NCBI GenBank assembly: GCA_041497955.1
Contig: JBGQHO010000007.1
Span: 15,691-79,690, forward strand
Origin: Terriglobia bacterium
GTDB taxonomy: Bacteria; Acidobacteriota; Terriglobia; Acidiferrales; UBA7541
Length of the DNA stretch: 64,000 nt
Direction: 5' to 3'
In this document: piece by piece, positions 1 to 9,022 of the stretch
How the letters are laid out: each line of letters opens with the position of its first letter
Position numbering within the stretch: position 1 is the first letter of the stretch
Program-made: the position numbers and the translations under genes
The notes under the pieces: model-generated
The model's input: the letters and a program-made list of their open reading frames with translations, nothing else
What the model was told of the DNA's origin: nothing
Database searches by the model: none

Positions 1-57
1 CGTTCCATTGACGCTCGCGGCACAGCCCGTAGCCGCCCTGCTGCTCCCGCCGCTAGA

Positions 58-696
58 ATGGTCTTTATGCGCGCCATGTCCGGTATTCGCCGGGGCGTTC
101 CTCTCGCACTGCTGCTTGCTGTGCTTGCGCTCGCGCTGCCGGGCTGCAAGAGCCTGAAGCCCACCGACACGCGCCCGCTCGATCAGGCGGGCATGTGGTA
201 CCGCAGCATTGAAGAACTCCGCCAGTTGAAAATCACCGACGCCGAGGTGGCCGAGCTCGTGAAAGCGCGCGACGCCGGGACCTCCGACCAGGCATGCATC
301 CAACTGATGCAGACCGCGCGTTCGCGCAACCAGCCGTTTTCTGACGGTGACGCGGTGGCCAATCTGCGCCGCGTGGGAATCGCCGAATCCACGGTGCTGG
401 AGCTGTCGCGCCTCAATCAGCTTGGGCTCTGGTCGGGCGAAGCGTTGTTGATCCACCTGACCGGGTTCTCGGATTCGTTGATTCTGGATGTCGCCCGGCG
501 CCGCGCAGCCGGCCAACCGGTGCCGTCGAGCGCCTCGTTCGGGCAGCTCAAGAACGCGGGCATGAGCGAAGCCGACGTCAAGGCCCTCGTTAATCGCGGC
601 GCTACCGAGGAGGAAGTCCAGCAGATGATTGCCGCCCACCGGCGCTCCACTGAGCACTCCGGCTTCGTGCGCACTCCGCGCCGCCGGCGCCGCTGA
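58..696 (+). CDS. Putative lipoprotein with four internal helical repeats (no family recognised)
   Basis: 212-aa ORF. N-terminal signal peptide ends in lipobox LALPG-C. Four related segments: ITDAEVAELVKARDAG, IAESTVLELSRLNQLG, FSDSLILDVARRRAAG, MSEADVKALVNRGAT. Arg-rich C-terminal tail. Confidence 0.55.
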   Translation: MVFMRAMSGIRRGVPLALLLAVLALALPGCKSLKPTDTRPLDQAGMWYRSIEELRQLKITDAEVAELVKARDAGTSDQACIQLMQTARSRNQPFSDGDAVANLRRVGIAESTVLELSRLNQLGLWSGEALLIHLTGFSDSLILDVARRRAAGQPVPSSASFGQLKNAGMSEADVKALVNRGATEEEVQQMIAAHRRSTEHSGFVRTPRRRRR

Positions 697-741
697 CTCC
701 GTTTTGACCGCCAGCCGTCCCCCCGGTAGAATCTCTTCACC

Positions 742-2205
742 TTGATTTGCCGCTTCGGATTTCGTGCTCTCGCTGCGCCGCTGCCCGTTCTGGTCCTGCT
801 CTCTCTGTGGGGCTGCGCCGTCCCGCTCGGGCCGGGCTACCAGATCGAGCGGCAGCAGACCGAGCTGCGCTACGTCGCTGCGCCGCCGCAGTTGCAACTG
901 CGCGCAACCTACAGGCTCCGCAACATCGGCAATCGCGAGCTCGGCTTTATCGACGCCGAGCTCCCCGGCGAGCGGCTTTACGGCCGGCAGAGCTTGCGCG
1001 TGCGGGTGGACGGCCGCGAGGTTGCGGTGCAGCCCGCAGGGGAGAACTCAGAGTCCGCGGTCCGCATCCCCTTCGATGCGTGGCCGCAAAACAGCCGCCG
1101 CGAACTCCTCATCGAGTACACGCTCGCGCCCCCGCCGCCCGGCCGCGCGAATCTGGCCGTGACCCGAGAGAGCTTTCATGTGCGGGACGCGGCTGCGTTG
1201 CCCCTGCTGCTTCCACCGAAGGCCGGCATCATCAAGCGCGGCAAGCCGGTGCAGGAAGCCGGCCTGGATATCTTCGCGCCCAGCGAGTTCCGCGTCCTGT
1301 CGGGCGGGCATTCGCACGGCTCGCGTAAGGGCACCAACGAAATCGAGACGCGCGTCGCTTTCCGGCCAGGCGACTACCAGTCTTTTGTCGTGGCCGGGCG
1401 CTATCAGGAGCAGGCCGTCCAGGCGGGAAAGGTGACCGTGCTCTTCTGGACCTTCGAGCCGCTCGATCCGCAGCGCGCCCAAGCCGCGGCCGGGCGCATT
1501 GCCGCTGCGTTCCGAACGTACCAAACCACGTTTGGACCCTTGTGGAAGAATCCCCCGCCGATCCGCTTTATCGAGGTCTCCTCTTCACTGACGCGGCGTA
1601 CGGCGGGCGCGGAAGATCCGGCCGCCGTGGCGCTGCCCGCAGGCGCGCTGCTGAATCACGCCGCGTTTGCGCTGGGAGTCTCGAGCGATGCGTTTCTCGA
1701 TCTTGTCGAGCACGAGCTGGCGCACACCTGGTTTGGCGAAACCGTGAGCCCGTGGCCGAGAGCCGAACCGGTGCTGGGCGAAGGGCTGGCCGAGTACGCC
1801 AAGGTGGTGGCCGCCGAGGCGCGCGGCGGTGACGCCGAACGCCGCCACCAAGCCGCGCTCCTGCTGCGCTGGTTCGACGAATCGCGCAAGCAGGCGGCCG
1901 ATCCGCCCCTGCTCCAGATCGGCGCCGACGACCCCTATGAGCAGCGCGTGTTCGGATACACAAAGGGCGCGCTATTCTTCCTCGCGCTCGAGGATCGGTA
2001 CGGCAAGGACAACGTCCGGCGCGCACTGGCCCACATGGTCGGCAGCCTGCGCGGCTCGGAGGTCGGCTACGCAGAGCTGCGCGCCGCGCTCGAGATCGAG
2101 GCCAAACAGAACCTCGCGGACTTCTTTCGCCTCTGGCTGGACGGCAAAGGCATCCCGGAAGATTTCCGCGCGCGCTACGAACAGAAGATTGAGCCGAGGC
2201 CTTAG
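742..2205 (+). CDS. M1-family (aminopeptidase N-like) zinc metallopeptidase, probably secreted or lipid-anchored
   Basis: 487-aa ORF with TTG at 742. Hydrophobic signal sequence ends LSLWGC. Gluzincin signature HELAHTWFGE, with GEGLAEY 18 residues after the second His (HEXXH-X18-E). Confidence 0.75.
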   Translation: MICRFGFRALAAPLPVLVLLSLWGCAVPLGPGYQIERQQTELRYVAAPPQLQLRATYRLRNIGNRELGFIDAELPGERLYGRQSLRVRVDGREVAVQPAGENSESAVRIPFDAWPQNSRRELLIEYTLAPPPPGRANLAVTRESFHVRDAAALPLLLPPKAGIIKRGKPVQEAGLDIFAPSEFRVLSGGHSHGSRKGTNEIETRVAFRPGDYQSFVVAGRYQEQAVQAGKVTVLFWTFEPLDPQRAQAAAGRIAAAFRTYQTTFGPLWKNPPPIRFIEVSSSLTRRTAGAEDPAAVALPAGALLNHAAFALGVSSDAFLDLVEHELAHTWFGETVSPWPRAEPVLGEGLAEYAKVVAAEARGGDAERRHQAALLLRWFDESRKQAADPPLLQIGADDPYEQRVFGYTKGALFFLALEDRYGKDNVRRALAHMVGSLRGSEVGYAELRAALEIEAKQNLADFFRLWLDGKGIPEDFRARYEQKIEPRP

Positions 2206-2271
2206 CTTTCGCGGGCGCAGGGCAACAATCGGATTCCTGGAGTTCACCATTCCTGCAAAGGAGAACCCACT

Positions 2272-2649
2272 GTGAAAGAAGTGATCACAACAAGCCACGG
2301 CCCAAAGGCCATCGGGCCCTATTCGCAGGCCATCCGCGCCAACGGCTTCGTCTTTATCTCGGGACAGATTCCGCTCGACCCCAAGACGCAACAACTCGTC
2401 GAAGGCGATATCGCCCGTCAAACCGAGCGCGTGATGGAGAACCTCAAGGGGATTATGGAGGCGGCAGGGTCCTCACTCGATAGGGCCGTCAAGACGACGG
2501 TGTTTCTCGCCGACATGGGTGAGTTCGCGGCCATGAACGAAATCTATGGCCGCTACTTCCCGAAGAATGCGCCCGCGCGCGCTACGGTGCAGGTCGCGCG
2601 CCTGCCGCGCGACGTCCGCGTCGAAATCGACCTCATCGCCCTGGCCTAG
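2272..2649 (+). CDS. ridA: RidA/YjgF/TdcF family reactive-intermediate (enamine/imine) deaminase
   Basis: 125 aa. GTG start 7 nt after AAGGAGA. Typical RidA sequence GPYSQAI...FVFISGQIPLDP...VKTTVFL.DM.DFA.MNE.Y..YF....PARATVQVARLP....VEID.IA. Confidence 0.9.
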   Translation: MKEVITTSHGPKAIGPYSQAIRANGFVFISGQIPLDPKTQQLVEGDIARQTERVMENLKGIMEAAGSSLDRAVKTTVFLADMGEFAAMNEIYGRYFPKNAPARATVQVARLPRDVRVEIDLIALA

Positions 2650-2674
2650 CTCCGGCTGCCGGCGAGCCGCCGCC

Positions 2675-5600
2675 CTAGAAAGTAATCGTTGCCAGACCCG
2701 CCGCCCGCAATTGCTGGTTGAGCGCAGGCATATCGTGAGACTTGAGCGCATCCCAGCGCGCGAGAAGCGAGGCAAGCGCCTTCTCGAGGTTCGCTGAGGC
2801 GGCGGTCTGAGCAGTGGTTGGGGCCGCATCGGCGCTGTCCACGGCGCGGTAAAGAGTTCCAAGCTCCTGATTCAATCGCGACAGATTTTCTTGCCCGGTC
2901 GTCGGGCCAAAGGCTTCGCCCGGCGCAACCGCGCCTTCAAGCGCTGCCGCTTTCGCATCCAGCGCGGCGATTGTCTCGGCAAGCGGCCCTTGCCCCGCCT
3001 GTCCGGCCAGCTTCTTCAGTTGCTCGCGCAAGCGCTTCACTTCCTGGAGCGCAGCGAAGTCCTTATTCATCTCTGAGGTGATCTTGCTCTCGGCGGCAAA
3101 TTGCTGCGCGAGTGCCGCCTGCGTCACTTGAACCCGCGGGTCCATCTTGATCGTTAGAGGCTGTTGGTAGCTTTTGCCGTCCACAGTCAGCTTCACGGTG
3201 TACGCGCCGGGGAGGGCACGAGGTCCGCGCGGGTCGCGTGGTGTGTCGTGAACGATCGCCGCAATGGGGTATTCGTGGCGCAAGGATTGTGGCGCTGGGT
3301 AATGCAGATCCCAAACGAACCGGTGCATGCCCGCGCCGGCTGAGAGGATCTTCGGGAGGCGCACCCAGTAGGTTGGAACATTCAGTTCTTTCTGCAGTTC
3401 CGCTTCGGCCACCTCGGGTTTGTCGGCACTCGAAAAACGGCGGACAAGCTTTCCGGTGCTGTCGAGAATCTCCATCGTCACGGGACTCGCACTGCCGGAC
3501 TTCAGGAGGTAGTCAAGGACGGCTCCGTCCGGGGGATTCTTTCCTGCGGGCTCCTCCGGCGGGAGCGGCGTATCCGTGTTTGTATTGCGCTGGATGCGGT
3601 AAGTGAGTTGCGGCCGGAAAAGATAGGCATCCGATACGGCCGCTTTTTCGCTGATCTGGCGCAGCGGCGTGATGTCATCAAGAATCCAGAACGATCGCCC
3701 GTGGGTGCCCACGACGATGTCGTCGCCGTGGACGACAAGGTCACGCATCGAGCTGGCGGGAAGGTTCAACTGCAGCGACTCCCAGTGATCCCCGTCGTCG
3801 AAGGAAACCCAAATGGACGTCTCGGTCCCGGCAAACAGCAGGCCCTTGCGCACCGGGTCCTCGCGCACGGTATTGATCGGTGCGTTGTCCGACAATCCCT
3901 GCGTGATTTTCAGCCAGGTCTTGCCGCCGTCGTGGGTGCGGTAAATGTAGGGGCGCAGGTCATCCAGCCGCAAACGGTTCACCGCAGCATAGACCGTGAG
4001 CGCATCGAAATGCGACGCGTCCAGCTGTGCCACTTTGCTCCACGGCGTCAACTCCGGCGGCGTGACGTCCTTCCAATTCTTGCCGCCGTCGCGCGTTACC
4101 CAGATCAAACCGTCGTCGGTGCCAGCCCAGAGCAGGTTCACGTCGCGAAAGGAAGGCCCGATTGAATAGATGACACCGCGGTGCTTCCCGTGCGCCGGGT
4201 CGGATTTCACGAAGTCACCCAGATTTGGCGGCACGCCCGGGTCCTTGCGCGTGAGGTCAGGGCTGATGATCTGCCAGTTCAAGCCTCCGTCTGCCGTCTT
4301 GAACAGGACGTTCGACCCGAGATACAGAATGTGCGGATCCACCGGCGAGAACAACAGCGGCGCCGTGCGGTTGAACCGGTAGGTGCCGTCGCGGAGAACG
4401 AAGGGGGCGACATTCTGCGTTTGGCCGGTCAGCCAGTTGAACCGCGTCACCTTGCCGCCATACACGAGGTTCGGATGGAGCGGGTCGGGCGCGACGTAGC
4501 CGTATTCTTCGACGCCCACGGGATGGAATTCGCGGAAGGTGATCGCGCCGTCGTTGCCGCGGCTGGCGACGCCGGCCGAGCCACTTTCCTGCTGCCCACC
4601 GTACACCCAGTAGGGAAAGCGGTTGTCCGTGGAGACGTGATAGAACTGCGCGGTGGGCTGGTTGTACCACGAGCTCCACGTGCGGCCGCCGTTTACGGTG
4701 AGCGTCGCGCCCTGGTCGCTGCCCAGCAGGATGATGTCGGGGTTTTCGGGGTTGATCCAGATCGTGTGATAGTCGTCGCCGCCCGGGGCGCCTTTGATGG
4801 CCAGAAACGTCCGCCCGCCGTCCATCGAGCGGTACGTCGAGGTGTTCGCCACGTAGACCTCGTCCGGGTTTCGCGGGTCCACCACAACCTCGGCGAAATC
4901 GGCGCCGCGGCCCCAGATGCGGGCCTCGTTGTTGACGCGTTGCCAGCTCTCACCCGCGTCATCAGAGCGATATAAGCCTCCCACTCGCGGCGCATCCGCC
5001 AGCGCATACATCCGCTGCGGATTGCTCGGCGCGATGCCGAACCCGATGCGGCCCAACTTGTCCGCATTGACCGGCAGGCCCTTGGCCGGCAGCGGCAGCC
5101 ATGTACTGCCGCCGTCGGTGGACTTGTACAGCCCGCCTGCGTAGCCTTCGAGCGAACTTCCCGTCGTCCAGGGCGGCCTGCGCGCGGCCCAAAGAACCGC
5201 GTAAATCGTTTGCGGATTGGCCGGATCGAAGGCGAGGGCCACAGCGCCCGTGTTCTCGTCTTTGTAAAGAACCTTCTCCCAGGTCTCGCCGCCATCGAGC
5301 GAGCGGAAGACGCCGCGCTCGGCATTGGCGCCGTACGGGTGGCCGAGAACCGCGACATACACGCGATTGGGGTCGCGGGGATCGACTCGCAGCGCCGAAA
5401 TCTGCTGGCCGTCCCGCAGGCCCAAGTGCTTCCACGTGGCGCCGGCGTCGGTGGACTTGTAGATGCCGTCGCCGATGGAGAGATCGGGCCGCTGAAGGCC
5501 TTCGCCGCTTCCGACGAAGATGATACTGGGGTTGGAGGGCGCGATGGCCATGGCGCCCACCGAGCCAGTCGGCTGTCCATCAAAGATCGGCTGCCAGGTG

Positions 5601-5818
5601 TGGCCGGAGTCCGTGCTCTTCCACACGCCGCCATTGTTTGCAGCGATGTAGAAGACGTTGGGCTGGTTGGGCACGCCGGTGGCGGCCACCGTCCGGCCGC
5701 CGCGGAATGGCCCGATGCAGCGCCACTGCATTTCCTGATAGAGACTGGGAGGAAACTGTTGTGCTTCCAGAGCGGTCGAGAGCAGCGTAATCACGAAGCA
5801 AGCTGCAGTAAGCGGCAT
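2675..5818 (-). CDS. Large secreted BNR/Asp-box repeat protein (sortilin/Vps10-like, usually annotated glycosyl hydrolase BNR repeat protein)
   Basis: At least 11 Asp-box motifs (STDSGHTW, STDAGATW, SLDGGETW, STDGGSTW, SDDAGESW, SMDGGRTF, TADGGLNW, TRDGGKNW, THDGGKTW, SFDDGDHW). Start set at internal ATG 5818 (MPLTAACFVITLLSTALEAQ signal peptide). The upstream 168 codons of the 1215-aa ORF overlap the neighbouring CoA-transferase gene and look non-coding. Confidence 0.85.
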   Translation of the reverse strand: MPLTAACFVITLLSTALEAQQFPPSLYQEMQWRCIGPFRGGRTVAATGVPNQPNVFYIAANNGGVWKSTDSGHTWQPIFDGQPTGSVGAMAIAPSNPSIIFVGSGEGLQRPDLSIGDGIYKSTDAGATWKHLGLRDGQQISALRVDPRDPNRVYVAVLGHPYGANAERGVFRSLDGGETWEKVLYKDENTGAVALAFDPANPQTIYAVLWAARRPPWTTGSSLEGYAGGLYKSTDGGSTWLPLPAKGLPVNADKLGRIGFGIAPSNPQRMYALADAPRVGGLYRSDDAGESWQRVNNEARIWGRGADFAEVVVDPRNPDEVYVANTSTYRSMDGGRTFLAIKGAPGGDDYHTIWINPENPDIILLGSDQGATLTVNGGRTWSSWYNQPTAQFYHVSTDNRFPYWVYGGQQESGSAGVASRGNDGAITFREFHPVGVEEYGYVAPDPLHPNLVYGGKVTRFNWLTGQTQNVAPFVLRDGTYRFNRTAPLLFSPVDPHILYLGSNVLFKTADGGLNWQIISPDLTRKDPGVPPNLGDFVKSDPAHGKHRGVIYSIGPSFRDVNLLWAGTDDGLIWVTRDGGKNWKDVTPPELTPWSKVAQLDASHFDALTVYAAVNRLRLDDLRPYIYRTHDGGKTWLKITQGLSDNAPINTVREDPVRKGLLFAGTETSIWVSFDDGDHWESLQLNLPASSMRDLVVHGDDIVVGTHGRSFWILDDITPLRQISEKAAVSDAYLFRPQLTYRIQRNTNTDTPLPPEEPAGKNPPDGAVLDYLLKSGSASPVTMEILDSTGKLVRRFSSADKPEVAEAELQKELNVPTYWVRLPKILSAGAGMHRFVWDLHYPAPQSLRHEYPIAAIVHDTPRDPRGPRALPGAYTVKLTVDGKSYQQPLTIKMDPRVQVTQAALAQQFAAESKITSEMNKDFAALQEVKRLREQLKKLAGQAGQGPLAETIAALDAKAAALEGAVAPGEAFGPTTGQENLSRLNQELGTLYRAVDSADAAPTTAQTAASANLEKALASLLARWDALKSHDMPALNQQLRAAGLATITF

Positions 5819-5940
5819 CAAGCGACGGATTCTTGGCACGGTGCACCCCCCGAAAAACGCCCGAGCATAATGCAGCCGCGCCAGCAGCAGAAGAGTTTTT
5901 TCGATGTGCCAGCCGCTGAAAGAGACCGATTTGTTGCCTG

Positions 5941-7284
5941 CTACGCCAAAGTGGAAGTGGAGAAGACAGAGTCTTCTCGCGTGGGATCGCTCAGCCACTT
6001 TGTGCGCGCGCAGTATTCGTACAGTTCGTCGCGGAACTTCGGGTGGGCAATTTGAATCAGGGCCTCGGCGCGCTGGCGGATGGAGCGGCCGTGCAGGTAG
6101 GCGACGCCGTATTCGGTGACGACGTAGTGCACCGTGCCGCGCGAGGTCACGACACCCGCTCCAGGGCTGAGCATCGGAACGATGCGCGAGACCGTGCCGT
6201 CCTTCGCCGTGGAAGGCAGCGTGATGATGGGCTTGCCGTCTTTCGAGCGCGCTGCGCCGCGGATGAAATCCACTTGACCGCCGATCCCGCTGTAGAAATA
6301 CGTGCCCAGCGAATCGGCGCACACCTGCCCGGTGATGTCCACTTGCAAGGCCGAATTGACGGCCACCATGCGGTCGTTCTGCGCAATCAGGAAGGGATCG
6401 TTCGTGTAGCTCGTGGGGTGGAACTCGAAGATTGGGTTCTCATCCACGAATTCAAAGAGCTCCCGTGTGCCGAGCACGAATCCCAGAATGACCTTGCGTG
6501 GATGGAGTGTCTTGCGCCGGCCGTTTACTGCGCCGGATTCAATTAGCGCGATAGCGTTATCGGAAAGCATTTCCGTGTGGATGCCGAGGTCGCGGTGGTT
6601 CGTCAGGTTCCGCAGCACCGCGTCGGGGATATTGCCGACGCCGAGCTGCAGCGTGGCGCCGTCTTCGATCAGGCCGGCGACGTGGCGGCCGATCGTATCG
6701 TAGAGCGGAGTGAATTCGGACTTTGGCAGCTCGCAGAGCGGCCGCGACACTTCCACTACCGCGTCAATATCGCTGATGTGGATGAAGCTGTCGCCGAAGG
6801 TCCGCGGCATCTGGTCGTTCACCTGGGCGATGACGCGGCGCGCTGCCTTTGCTGCGCTCAGTGTGGTATCCACGCCCACGCCGAAGCTACAGAACCCGTG
6901 CGCATCCGGTGGCGAAACCTGGATGAGCGCAACGTCCAGCGGCATCTGCCCGCTCTCGAAGAGCGCTTCGATCTCGCTCAGCAGGATGGGCGTGTAGTCA
7001 GCGCGGCCTTCGTTGACGGCCTGGCGCACGTTGTCACCGATGAACATGGCGTTGTGGCGGAAGTGGCCGGCCATTTCGGGCTGGATGTAGTCGGCGCGGC
7101 CCAGGGTGAGCAGGTGGACGATCTCGACGTCGCGCACGTCCGGCGCGCGGCCGATCAGCGCCTCGACCAGCGCCTCGGGTTCCGCGCAGCCGGGATGAAT
7201 GTAGACGCGCATGCCGGACTCGATGCAGCGCAACGCGTCGCGCGCGGAAAGTACCTTGCTGTGGTACTCCTCATGCCAGGACAT
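5941..7284 (-). CDS. Acetyl-CoA hydrolase/transferase family protein (Cat2 / 4-hydroxybutyrate CoA-transferase-like)
   Basis: 447 aa. N-terminus MSWHEEYHSKVLSA.DAL..I.SG.RV....G..EP..L..AL and GIGGQVDF motif are typical of this family. Confidence 0.8.
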   Translation of the reverse strand: MSWHEEYHSKVLSARDALRCIESGMRVYIHPGCAEPEALVEALIGRAPDVRDVEIVHLLTLGRADYIQPEMAGHFRHNAMFIGDNVRQAVNEGRADYTPILLSEIEALFESGQMPLDVALIQVSPPDAHGFCSFGVGVDTTLSAAKAARRVIAQVNDQMPRTFGDSFIHISDIDAVVEVSRPLCELPKSEFTPLYDTIGRHVAGLIEDGATLQLGVGNIPDAVLRNLTNHRDLGIHTEMLSDNAIALIESGAVNGRRKTLHPRKVILGFVLGTRELFEFVDENPIFEFHPTSYTNDPFLIAQNDRMVAVNSALQVDITGQVCADSLGTYFYSGIGGQVDFIRGAARSKDGKPIITLPSTAKDGTVSRIVPMLSPGAGVVTSRGTVHYVVTEYGVAYLHGRSIRQRAEALIQIAHPKFRDELYEYCARTKWLSDPTREDSVFSTSTLA

Positions 7285-7305
7285 GGGTTTCCTCGGTTTC
7301 GCCGC

Positions 7306-8262
7306 TCACTGCAGCCGGAAGCGTACCGTCACAAACAATCGCACCGGCACCGGCTCGTCGTTCAGCCGCGTCGGCTCGTACTTCCACTTGCGAAGCGCTT
7401 CTACGGCTGCCGGGATTAGCAGCGGGTGACCCGACACGACTTGCATTTCCGTGATGTTCCCGGACTCATCGATCACCGCATCGATGACCACATTGCCCTG
7501 GATCTTCGCCTGTCGTGCAAGAACCGGGTAGATGGGATCGGGCACGGAGATCGGACGAGGCTCCCGGATCCTGCCGCCGACGCGAATGGGGGCTTTCGGC
7601 ACTGTTGTCGGAGCTGTGAGAACGAGGGACTTGGGTGCACTGCCGATGATTCCGCCAATCACGCCGCCGGCCTGGCCGCCGGGAACGCCGCCCGGAACGC
7701 CGCCAGTAGTCCCTCCACTGGCGACCTCAGGCGGAAGAGGTTCTTCCTTGATCATGGCAATCTGCTGCGGGATCGCAGTCGGCGCCAAGAGCCTTCCGCC
7801 TGACATGAACACCCGGCGCGTCGGAACCGTTTTGATGATCGCGGGAGCCGCCGGCGGAGGAGGCGGCGGTGGCGGAGGCGCCACGAGAAATGTTTGCGTG
7901 AACTGCTTCAGGTCAATCGCCTCGGTGAAGTACAGCGGCACGAGGATCAGAGTGATGAGGAGCGAGAAATGAACGAGGATCGACAACACGAAGTCAATCG
8001 TGCGGCGGCGGGGACGCGTCGTGCTCATCTCCAGCAACGCTTCCTCAAACAGCTCGTGCCTGAGGTGCGGAGCGGCGCATGCCGAGCAGTGTGCCGATGC
8101 GGACTTCTTCGGGGCGCGCGGGGTGGCCTGCTCGTCGTCCAGATGGAGTAGTGCTTCCTCTTGTTCCGGAGGAGGCGCGACAGAATGTGGCGACATTTTC
8201 CTATCCTCCAAAGGGGATAAGGGCACGCCGTCCTCCAAGCAGGCCGTGGTCGACCCATCCAT
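7306..8262 (-). CDS. TonB family energy-transducer protein
   Basis: N-terminal ELFEEALLE motif, one TM helix (FVLSILVHFSLLITLILVPL), a poly-Pro (P9) and Gly-rich linker, and a C-terminal TonB domain (PIYPVLARQAKIQGNVVIDAVIDESGNITEMQVVSGHPLL..AAVEALRKWKYEP). True start may be Met23 rather than 8262. Confidence 0.8.
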   Translation of the reverse strand: MDGSTTACLEDGVPLSPLEDRKMSPHSVAPPPEQEEALLHLDDEQATPRAPKKSASAHCSACAAPHLRHELFEEALLEMSTTRPRRRTIDFVLSILVHFSLLITLILVPLYFTEAIDLKQFTQTFLVAPPPPPPPPPAAPAIIKTVPTRRVFMSGGRLLAPTAIPQQIAMIKEEPLPPEVASGGTTGGVPGGVPGGQAGGVIGGIIGSAPKSLVLTAPTTVPKAPIRVGGRIREPRPISVPDPIYPVLARQAKIQGNVVIDAVIDESGNITEMQVVSGHPLLIPAAVEALRKWKYEPTRLNDEPVPVRLFVTVRFRLQ

Positions 8263-8524
8263 AAGCCATTATAAATAAGGGAGTTGTCTATCTTTTGCAG
8301 GTTTACGGCCGCGGCCCCTGCGCCGGTTGCCCCATTTTCCGGAGGCCCCTGCGCCACCTTCCCCAGTGTATCCTTTGACTTCGACCGCGTGAATGCGCCA
8401 CCTGGGCCTTCTCTGCCTGCATGATGCGGCTTTTCCCGCCTTCCACGAGCAAAATCACGGGTTCAATTGCTCCTAAGAACACGCGGGTCCTCCTGCGGCG
8501 GACAAGCGGAGCGCGTTACTCTGC

Positions 8525-8992
8525 CTACTGGGTGCACTTGGGCAGACAGTTCTCTCTTGCTGAGATTCTTTCTTCGATCTGTGTGAGAAGTTGATCCTCG
8601 TAGTTGATGTGCTTGCGGAGTAGCTCGATCAGTTCTCCGCCCCGCGCCACGACTTCGCCAGTTCGCAGGACGCTGGCAAAATCCAGCTCAGTGAGAAAAC
8701 TGCTCGTCAACCGAGCCAGCTCGTCGTGCTCTCCGCGGAGACGCCCCAGTGCGGAGCCGTCCAAATACATTTGGAAGGAAGACTCGAACTGCTGCTCCTC
8801 CCGATGGCAGTGCTCTTGTATCCTGCGAATCTGTTCCTTCAACTCGCGCAACTGCATGAGCCCTTTGCGGCGTTCCGCGTCGTCGGCACTTCCTACCCGC
8901 TGAAGAGCGGCCTCCCAGGCGTTAAGGGCCACGTGAATCTCATCATGCTCCCCGTGGAAGTACTCCAACTGCGTATGCAGATTCATGCTCAC
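8525..8992 (-). CDS. Hemerythrin HHE cation-binding domain protein
   Basis: 155 aa. Four His/Glu-bearing helices (HGEHDEIH, HCHREEQQF, GEHDEL, KHINYEDQLL) in hemerythrin-like spacing. Paralogous in pattern to 36861-37319. Confidence 0.55.
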   Translation of the reverse strand: MSMNLHTQLEYFHGEHDEIHVALNAWEAALQRVGSADDAERRKGLMQLRELKEQIRRIQEHCHREEQQFESSFQMYLDGSALGRLRGEHDELARLTSSFLTELDFASVLRTGEVVARGGELIELLRKHINYEDQLLTQIEERISARENCLPKCTQ

Positions 8993-9022
8993 CCATCCTT
9001 TGCGCGCTCCACATTCAGCGAC

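Noticed and set aside
5819-6322. The N-terminal 168 codons of the 1215-aa ORF (2675..6322, minus strand)
   Set aside because: Arg/His-rich nonsense-like composition, and it overlaps the 3' part of the CoA-transferase gene (5941-7284). A signal peptide begins at the internal ATG at 5818.
7840-7885. A G/C-rich low-complexity DNA run (GGCGGAGGAGGCGGCGGTGGCGGAGG)
   Set aside because: It is not an independent repeat element. It encodes the poly-proline linker of TonB on the minus strand.
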